A stretch of DNA of 64,000 bases, from the NCBI GenBank assembly GCA_964016885.1, contig OZ024743.1:302808001-302872000 (forward strand), given 5' to 3'. The stretch is from Eledone cirrhosa. Lineage: Eukaryota. The notes beneath the pieces are model-generated. The model was not told the origin of the DNA, did not search any database, and saw only the letters and a program-made list of their open reading frames with translations. Shown here in pieces: positions 54,501 through 64,000 of this stretch (position 1 is the stretch's first letter; every line of letters starts with the position of its first letter). Position numbers and translations under genes: made by a program.

Positions 54501-54615
54501 TGGATCTTAGGAAGAGTGTCTCGTTCCCCCATGTCAGATTCTTTCAATTTCATCCATTTGAACATAATTTCATCCTTCAAGTTGTCAAGTTCATTCTCAT
54601 TCATTTCTTTATCAT

Positions 54616-54649
<34 letters not shown>

Positions 54650-56127
54650 AATTATTGTGTACAGTGCTCAGGTGCACTACAGCTCATCAAAGGTGCATGT
54701 ATAGTACATAGAATAATGTACAAATGTCAGGAAAATGAACAGTGTACGAGTCATGATATAATAACAATAACAATAATGAAATATTGTGTACAGTGCCCAG
54801 GTGCACCACAACTCATCAAAAAAGTGCATGTACAGTACATAGGGCAATGCACAAACATCAGTAAAATGAACAGTGCACGAGTCATGATACACACATGTGT
54901 GCGTGTGCATGGAAGGGGTACATCAGGTATAGTTTTGGCGTATTTCGGGAAGCATGAGTGTCTTAAAGGATGCAGTGTCTCGGCAGCTAACAATTGACGC
55001 AGGCAGTTTGTTCCATGCTTCAGCAACTCTGAGCGTGAAAAAATGTCTACAAAAGTCATGGGAGCTGTGCTGTTTTCTGATCTTGTAGGCATGTCCACGT
55101 GTGTTAGACACATGGAGATCAAAGTGGCGCTCAGGGTTGCAATTGGCGAGATGGTTAAAAACTTTGTGGGTATTCACCAAGTCCATTGCCAGACATCGGA
55201 GCTTCAATGAATCCATGCCCAGGGAAGCAAGGTGTTCAGAGTATGGTCGGTGTCTGATGGAGGGTATGCGCTTGGTTGCACGTCTCTGAACAGTTTCCAG
55301 GATGTCAATGTTCTGAGCAAGATAGGGGTTCCAGACTGATGATGCGAATTACAAGTGTGGTCGTACCATAGCTGTATACAGTTTTAAATAGATGGCTGGA
55401 GAGCGGCTAACAGAGGTCTTGCTGAGTGATGCCAAGTCACCCTCGGCCTTCTTGACATTGTTTTCATTTGGAGTTTCATCTTGAGCATGCAATTCCTCCA
55501 CTTGTTCGATCCTTTCTTTAATTTGTTCTGTTGTCAGTGATTGCGCCCTAACGCTGGGATTCGAAGTGTTACAATTTACCTCGTTTTTACTGACACATAT
55601 TTCACTTACCCTTCGCTGACTTTGTGCTAATAGCTTGATCTGATCAATTTCTATATCAGTTAGTAACATTTTCTTTACAATATTTCTTCATATATTGGCT
55701 AGTTTGTTACTGTCAATATAGCGTCTGTTTTCGGGATGTTTCGTTTTCCAGTTGATATATGTCTGTTCTGTATTCGATGTATTTGATGGGTAGTACATGG
55801 CAGTGTAGAAAGCCTCAAGGACTTCATTATTATCTTCCCTTGACCATTTTTCTCTCTTTTTCTTTGGATTTCTTGGTGGTGAGCATGGAGGGCCAACAGT
55901 GGGAGTATTCCGGTTACGGGAGGTCTCCAGCTCCGAAGTGATGGGAATGTTGGAACCATTAGCTGATATTTCGCCCCCAGTCTGGTTCCTCTCTGAGGGA
56001 CGCGGCCCTATTTTACCCGCGTGACGGCCGATCCGGTATGAGATTTTATCATTAGACATTTACTTTATTTTGTCGCGTTTTATCCTTATCCGCCAAGGGG
56101 TAATCATTTCGTGTTACCACTTCTAGA
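51562..56127 (-). mobile_element. R4/Dong-like LINE copy A (near full-length, decayed), interrupted by a CR1 fragment
   Basis: KWSREDN..EAFY N-terminus, QKVSAKAARIRRF, EQKGCK, YKYLG, LKSETEGLII, CRVC, RLE tail. The 3' end abuts (TAA)n. Confidence 0.92.
54618..55458 (-). mobile_element. 5'-truncated CR1-clade LINE nested in Dong copy A
   Basis: LYTAMVRPHL..ASSVWNP...LETVQRRATK...NTRGHAYKI...FFTLRVAEAWNKLP. (TTA)n tail at 54618-54648; ~110-bp duplication in the 3' UTR. Confidence 0.88.
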
Positions 56128-56147
56128 ATTATTATTATTATTATTAT

Positions 56148-58672
56148 TTGCATTTATCTTGCTTTATGTTCATACGAGTTATCACCAAGTCACAACAAGT
56201 GACCTCAAGAGACAACAAGGTCCGCCATGTTCAAGAAAGAACATACATATTCACACATGCATCCTTAGTGTTTAGACTTGTGATGTACTTATATTGACAG
56301 GATCTTCCTTAGTATATGGGCAGTTCCCATTAGTACTATCTTTTGTATTTCTCCTATACGCGGGTTTCCTGAGATTTGCGATAAGTAGTCGTTAGACCCA
56401 TTATGTATCATTCCCGGAGCGCCTACAACCACTGGTAGTGTTTTAGTTCTCAATTTCCACATTTTTCCAATTTCTGTCTCCAGGTCCTTATACTTGCTCA
56501 ATTTTTCAAATGTTTTCATAGATACATTCTTGTCTATTGGAACAGACATATCAATTAGCAGGCATACCCTCCTTTGAAAGTCCTTCACTATTATATCAGG
56601 TCTATTTGCAACTATTTCTCGGTCTGTTTGGATGCTAAAGTTCCACAAGATTGAGATGTGATCTTTTTCAAGTATGGGAGGTGGTTGATGCTCCCACCAA
56701 TTCTTTTGATGGAGCAGGTCAAAATGCTTACACATTATCCAATGTATGTATTGTGCAGCTCTGTCATGCCTGTTTAGCTATTCGGTTGGAGCTATAGGAC
56801 TGCACATTGAAATTATATGGTCAATGGTCTCTGGTTGTTTTTTGCATACACGGCATAATGGGCTGCACCCATTTTTTATTATGTTGGCTTGGTAATTTTT
56901 TGTTGGCAGACACTGATCTTGTGCGGATATAATCAGTCCTTCAGTCTCCGATTTCAGTCCAGAGGATGCCAACCACTGATGGGTTAAAGTTTTGTCAACA
57001 TCAGGATTGTTAGCTCTTTCTGGGTATTTTCCATACAGAGGCTTTTCTTGCCATTTCTTAGCCAGTTTCTGTAGCAGTTCTTTCTTTGCAGTTACTTTTA
57101 CCTGCTTTGCTTTTTCTGTGTTTTCCATTTCAGCAGTAAATGGGACTTCTGAAATTTGTAGTCCATTACTGTATCTTTGTGCATCTTTTGTAATGGAATA
57201 TGATCTTTTGGTGCTTTCGTCTTTCAAAACGAGTTTTATCATTCAATCATGTGATTCCCTTAGATATGTGGATAATCCAATTGTTGCAGTTTTCAACGCA
57301 ATGTCTAACTGGATTAACCCACGTCCTCCTTCTTTCCTAGGGAGATATATTCTATCTATGTCTGCCTTAGGGTGATGCATTCTGTGCATGGTTAAGAATT
57401 TTCGGATTTTGTATCGTGCCTACGGATCTCTGTGCTTGACCAGTTGATGACATTGTAACTGTAGGTTACTACTGGTATGGCAAGCGTGTTTATGGCATCG
57501 ATCCTATTCCTTGCATTCAATTCCGTTCTTAAGATTGCTCTGACTCTGCGGTAACATTCCTTCCTTATCCTTTCCCTCATTGTCGAGTGCTTGATTCCGT
57601 CTCCTTCACAAACACCTAGATATTTGTAAGTGTTTTCTTGATCAAGCTCTCTTATCACGTTCCCCGATCAAGATTAATGTCTGAACTCTTCAGCAGCTTT
57701 CCTCTGGTGAACGTTGCTTTGGCGCATTTATCCAGTCCAAACTCCATTTTAATGTCATCACTGAACTGCATCACAGTGGATAATAGCCCTTGCAATTGTT
57801 CATCATTTTTTGCAAATAGTTTCAGGTCATCCATGTAGAACAGGTGATTAATGGTTTTGTCAATAGACTCTATATCCATGTTTTGTTTCATTGAGCATTT
57901 TACTTAATGGTATAAGTGCGATGCAGAATAAAAGCGGTGATAAAGAGTCACCCTGAAAAATTCCACAATTAATATTAACTTCTCCAGCTTCCAGTGATTT
58001 TGTTTCACTATTCAAAAGGAGTGTCGTTCTCCATGTCTTCATACTGAATGACAAAAACCTCCTGTCAAGGGGGGATATTTTGAAAATCTCTAAACATTTT
58101 TCAATCCAACTGTGTGGCAAACTATCGAATGCTTTTTTATAATCTATCCAAGCAATCGATAGATTTTTGTGTCTATTATGACAATCTTCCAGTATCATTT
58201 TGTTAACCAGAAGCTGATCCTTAAGCCATATGAGCCTCGTTTACACCCTTTCTGCTCAATGGGAAATAGGTCATTTGTTACCAGGTGGTCATATGTGTAT
58301 TCAGTTAGGACTAATGTTAAAATGTTATACATTGTGGTCAAGCAGGTTATCGGTCTGTAATTTTGGGGATTGTTTGTCTCATCATTCTTCGGTAGCAGGA
58401 ATGTAATGCCGTTAACTAGCCATGATGGTATCTTTTCTGGCTCCTTAACTATTTCATTGTAAATTTGGGCTAACAGCTCATGAGACTCTGTGAAGGCATT
58501 TATCCAAAAGTTTTGTATTTTGTCTTTTCCTGGGGATTTCCATTTGCTGGTTTTTCTTAGAGCCAAGCGCAACTGTTCAACTGTTATATTTTCCCATGTT
58601 TGTTCTTCAAGGTGAGTTGTTTCTTTCATTTGTCTGTCTATCCATGGGGCATGGATGTTATGAACTTTTTAT
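56148..58672 (-). mobile_element. R4/Dong-like LINE copy B (5'-truncated)
   Basis: KSPGKD, NYRPITCL, GIFQGDSLSPLLF, HLFYMDDLKLF, YKYLG, CRVC..ETIDHII..C, RPDIIV...IDMSVP..K..KY (RLE). The 3' end lies in (TAA)n at 56128-56147. Confidence 0.93.
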
Positions 58673-61600
58673 CAAGGGATAACACAACATCAACAATCGC
58701 TATTGTGGGCACAATAAATAAAAATGAGAAATATAACATTCAACAACAAAATTAGCCACATCACCAACAACAACGTGAACCACGAGAGCCTCAATAGCCA
58801 CAACAAAACACGTGGAAAAAATAACGGCAACAACAACCACAAGATGAAAACAACACTAACTCCAACAATGAAATCAATAACAGTATCTGCACGATGAACA
58901 GAAATAACACCAAATGCTAACAACAACGGCAACACAACCAGTAGCTACATCACCAAGAACAATGTGAGCAGCAACATCACCGGCAACACATACAACAGGA
59001 AGACATCTTTCGCTGCCGTAGCAGCCAGAACAGGCAATGATTTAGCATTGACCTCATCCTAGATGAGAAAAAACTTTTGCCCAGGCAAGGAAGTTCATAA
59101 AACAAGAACAAAACTTAACCGTCACGGTAGAAGCCATATAAGAGGTGGAGAGGAGAAGCGTGGTCTTCAGTGCAGAGTAAAAAAGCGACCATCACTCCCC
59201 AAGTAGATGTCGAAGCTGCTCTGAGGTGCCACCAAGTACACAGCGAGGGGAAAGATGACACCGTGTACATAGCGAAGGGAAAGAATACGGCACGGTCTCG
59301 GTGATGTTGAAGACAGAAGCCCTCTCTGTAAAACACTCGGTGATCTCGTGCAAACCTGCAAGGTCAACATGTACCACACAAACATGGAAAAGTAATGGTA
59401 AGAGTCCACATTTCCAGGATTCCACCAGGACTATACTTGTGGCTACTGTGTTGCGTGATTGTGAAGGGGAGAGAAGCCGTCCCGTTCGAGCGGACTAGAA
59501 TTGCCAGAGAGGACTGGTCCGGTCTTGCCATGGAGATATTTCTCCAAATCAGGCCAAAGAAAGAAACCGTGCCATATACGTCTCCAAAATGGGATGGCTA
59601 TACAAGTAATGACCCAGGGCGAAAGGCCGCAGTCTTTGATTTTTATCAAAACAAAACAACGCATTTACGTGTCTTATGCCTTCAACTCAAAGATGGAAAG
59701 GGTGGTAAGCCTCCACTACAGCCGATACCGGGGCGTGGACCACCATATGCACCAGAAATACCAACGGAAACACAACCACCAACTTTGACAACACAGGGAG
59801 AAAACGAGGAAAAACTCACCCATTCCCTCTCCCTCAGTAGCGAAGACAAGGCAAAACCTGAGCGAAAAAAGTAAACTCCACACATCAACAAGCAACCACA
59901 ACAGAAATGCAGACACCACACACACAACAAATACAAACACATTCACAACACCACCTCCACCACAAACCCCAACACAAAAACAACCACAGCAAGCACAAGA
60001 ACAAAGAACACGCAAACAATTGAAATCGCAGACACCATACCCACAAAGAACAAGTAAAACCACAACAAAAGCACACAAATCTTCATGTTTATAAGAAGAG
60101 ACCACGAGGAATTGATGGCCCTCATAGCACGAAGATTAGAAATATTTGGAACTAGCACACTTCGCGTACAAGAGAGATTTGGTTCTGGTACAAATGCTGT
60201 TTGACACATACAAATAGATTAGGTAGAGCTTTCCTCGAGACGTGAGGACGCCGAATATTGAGCAACAAGCAGACTCCTTAATGGATTCCCAAAAGAATCT
60301 CCACCAGATATGGAGGCCGATCCACCTGACCTTCACATGCCCCTGGGAAGTAAGTAAACCTTTCCAATCTCTCCTTTAGCCTGACAACATGCCAATCCCA
60401 AGAGTAGGATCTTTAATTTGTATTGACCTGTGATCGTCCTGGAAGCAGAATCGCCTACTCAACAAGCTCATGTCACTAGATATTGATGTGATTGCCGTTA
60501 GCGAGACCTGGATTTCCGACACGGACGCACTAGCCTCCATTTTCGACGAGTATCAGACCTTTGGCCCGAAATGTGAGATGGGTTGGCAATGATGTTTAGG
60601 AGAGGGCTGATGTTCAAGATAAGGTCGATCTTCCGGGACTCGAACGGTAAGAGGATGGTCCTGGACGTGGACAATAGTGAAGTTGCTGCCTAAAGACTGG
60701 CAGCCGTCTCCGCCCCGACTGGGGACAGACTACTGGAAATCTTTAGGCGCCTGAAAGCTTCTCTGGAACCGTCTCACTATATGCTGTTAGCGGGGGACAG
60801 GAGTGGCATATTAGACGTACGCTGGGATTGTATGGAAGTAGCTGATAGGAGATGGGAGTGCTAAAGCCTCAAGTACCTGATCACCCAGTTCCACAGGCTC
60901 AGAGATAATAACTAGATTTCCCTAATACGCCAGTGAATACCAAGACCATTCTGAGAAGTTCATCTAGATCGTATATAGATAGATTTTTTTTTCGATAATC
61001 AACGAGAATAGTATAGATAATCGACGAGAATAGTATAGATTGTCAAACTTTCAAACGGTCGCCTATTCAAATCACAATTGTGCGATATGTATTGTCTACC
61101 TAGATAACACACGGAGGTAACGACCTGGTTACTGGAAGGTGAACATATCGCTCCCGACACGTATGATTTACAGGGAACTGGTCAACTATTTAGTTAAGCA
61201 ATCGTTGACAGTGGGGCCGTCAACAACAGATAGTATAACAATTAGTGTAATTTTTCAGGTTTCAAAAATACAATTCGGTCATTGACGGACTGAGATTTAC
61301 GCGACCTGAACGAGCCCAGCCGGATGCTTGAAGCGTTTCGCTAACAGTTTGCTAGGCTGTTCCGGGGATTGGGGAGTGAGAGGCAGTGGCAGATTTCAGT
61401 CCGTAGCTTGACTTCCTACCGCGTCTCTCGCCAGACGAAGCTGAGCTCTGCGAAAAAACGATAACTGCAGCCGCGATTCGGGGTGCTTTAGTCGGCAGCA
61501 ATATACGCAAAGCATCCGATAAGGATGGTCCTCATTACGAACTTTAAGTGGCTATGCCAGACTTGTCTCCAACAAGAGAACACATCGGAAATAGATGTTG

Positions 61601-62930
61601 TCGGCGCCCTCTTGGGGGAATGTTAAAATCTGTCTGGAGCACAGCTAAACCAGTAAAAGTCCATGCCTTCTAACAGCGGCATTTGCTGCTGGATGGACGG
61701 AATGTTAAATTTGCTCGGGGTTTGATTCGGACCAAACCTCCAAGTCGATATGAATTGGGACACGGTAACTGTCAGGGTAGTCACTCTACCCAGAAAGGGG
61801 TCGAGCGGAAACATTCCCTGAAAGTTCGGGAGGACGTTGCGAACGCGTACATCGCGTCTGTCATCCAATAACATGTGACTATCATGCTTTGCCCCAGTTT
61901 CTGCTTCGCAAATATGAACTGGCTGCACTTCAACTTCTTGTTGAGGAGAAGTGTTCCGTTTCTGAGGCAGTACATCTGCTGCATATACCCTCTATATGGA
62001 GGGCTGCGCATGCCGGTTCTAATGATACTCAAACATGAGCTGTGCCTGCATCATTTTCAGCTATTCTGCCTAAAAGATGAACAGGAGTGGTCACCGTTTG
62101 TGAGACAGGCCTTTCCATAGCTCATGTCATTGACTGATCTGCAGTCCTGGGTCAAGAAGAGACCGACACTGCGCACCTGACATCTGGAACGTTACCATGT
62201 GCTCACTCTCCTCTACCTGCCGGGCAATGCAGTCAATGGAACTTCCACTCTCGGGTTCTAAAGAGGATTAGTGGTGGACAAGTACAACGAAACCGTTTTT
62301 CACTCACTCGTCCAGTTTCACATGTATTGCTGACAAAGGGAGTTATGTCTCATATATGTCATCGCGTGTGGGATGGATCCGGGTATAGACAGAGTCCATA
62401 GTGAAGATCGAACAGCTGCCTACTTTTGTCCGGTAGAAAGAGGTAGCTTTTCTCTCTCTGATAGCTGTAATCAAGGAGGTTGTGTGGTGAACGCGACTGA
62501 AAGGTCTGAAGACAGACAATTTACTCTCGGCCAAGCTCTCGTCAACATTTTTCAAGTTCCACTTGGAAAGAAACATGAGAGTGTAGAGAGAAATGTTGCC
62601 CCCGCAGAATAATGTTTTAAAGGTGGGTGATTGTTGCGAGGATGGCCCGTGTGAATCGGACAACTCAGAATATACGCCTGTATGCTGGATATATGGAGGG
62701 ATAGAGGGGGCCCACCTAGGATGCTCTTGGAGATGATGATAGGTTGGGATTCGTAGAGTTACTAACGTCATACCTGGGTGGTATGCCCCACTATTGGGGA
62801 ATTATGTTGGATATATTTTTTGTTAATTCTTTTGTTAAATATTTTACTCGATATTATTTTAATTACCCACTGTCCCCGTCTTTGTATTGCCCTCTACATT
62901 CGGTCCTTGTGGCCAAAATATATAAATCAT
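58673..62930 (+). mobile_element. Older, heavily decayed L1/Tx1-clade LINE
   Basis: ORF1-like VRVHISRIPPG...REDWSGLAME (compare VRIKESHVPP...QEDWSGSGME), DIDVIAVSET, PGYWKVN, and a C-terminal region homologous to 50000-51200. The 3' end cccttgtggccaa-like motif is shared with 51451. Confidence 0.8.
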
Positions 62931-62949
62931 TATCTTTATTGTTTTCTTC

Positions 62950-64000
62950 CTTCTGTTTGCCTCGGACGCGTATCGCATCTGCTACCAGAATGTTGTTGCC
63001 TTTGCTTATTTAAACACGCATATATTTGCATTCAGTATTATTTACTTTTCAAAAAGTCTCCACATTCGAGAATGTGGGTTAGATAATTTCTGTTTAGAAT
63101 TCTACGAGTTTGAAATTTAAGTACAATATTATCTGATTATTGTGTGATGAACAATTTGAAGTCATAGTATCACATGACTAAATTCCTGATAAAAAAATCA
63201 TCATCACTATCACACTGCCATCTTACACATGACACGACACAACGCCAAACAAGAAAACGCATGAATCAATATAAGAAAATCATTTCTCTTTCGTTATCAA
63301 CAATATCACCACCAACCACAGACACAGCACTAGCAGCAGTGAGAAATCAACATAAATATAGGGGTACTGTGAGCCAAAAAGGCGAACTATTTTTGCTGAT
63401 TATACCACAGCAAACACTAGAACGATATTAAAGTATATCATTGAATGCAACAACAATAATAGCTTTGACAGAAACAATAACAACACCAATGGCAGCAGCA
63501 TCTAGTAAAAAACCAACCAACGAAGGCAAACTAAGAATTAAAGAATTAAAGAATAGAACAAATGAACACAAAAGTAATAAAAACACAACAATTATATCGA
63601 CAAATGAAGCGGCATTGAGAACAGCAACAACACCAATAATGACAGCGTGGATGAAGAAAAATCGAAAACTGCAGCATACGCAACAACAAAGTGTAAATCA
63701 TGAAGCTATCAACAAAACTACAACCTAAAACTTTGACGCCATCAAAACATTCACGAAAATAAAAAAAAATATATATATAAAACTGCTAAACTATTTAATC
63801 GCTTAAGCAGATAACAAACTGACAATGTCAACAAAAAAAGCAACATCAGCATTAACATCAACATTAACAGCATTTGCATATGTGTATCAACAGCAGCAAA
63901 AGCAAGAGAGCTCTTTAAATTATCCCTCTTAAACAAGCACTTATGCTTTGCACATGTGGCCAAATTGTTCAAAGGGCACGAAGAAGAGTACACTTATCTA
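62950..64000 (+). mobile_element. Probable 5' end/ORF1 start of a further Tx1-like LINE
   Basis: tcggacg start motif as at 45980, followed by ACA-rich low-complexity coding-like sequence and gcacatgtggcc (compare catgtgtggcc, HVWP, at 47011). Confidence 0.45.

Overview
AT-rich eukaryotic (animal) repeat-dense DNA with many (TA)n, (CA)n, (CT)n and (TTA)n microsatellites. The SINE and LINE content suggests a mollusc, probably a cephalopod (inference only). I can support no host gene, rRNA, true tRNA or CRISPR array, and most short ORFs in the track are microsatellite or antisense artefacts. The window is mostly mobile DNA: (i) R4/Dong-type RLE LINEs associated with (TAA)n, (ii) L1/Tx1-type LINEs in a head-to-tail run, (iii) a CR1-type fragment nested in a Dong copy, (iv) many Penelope-like element (PLE) pieces with RT/GIY-YIG remnants and inverted pseudo-LTRs, and (v) tRNA-derived SINEs, RTE-derived non-autonomous elements, MITE/foldback elements and a non-autonomous Helitron. 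The most notable feature is a ~3.15-kb tandem array (21590-24743) of seven ~423-bp non-coding units. Each unit carries a type I hammerhead ribozyme motif with a long stem I and a palindromic stem III, and six of seven carry an ATGCAAAT octamer. The array is bracketed by a 13-bp target-site-like duplication inside a foldback element, so it looks like a retrozyme/ribozyme-satellite system. Several further hammerheads with greatly enlarged stem II sit in PLE pseudo-LTRs and in small direct-repeat-bounded elements. All folds were paired by eye. Element boundaries are approximate (tens of bp) unless motif coordinates are given.
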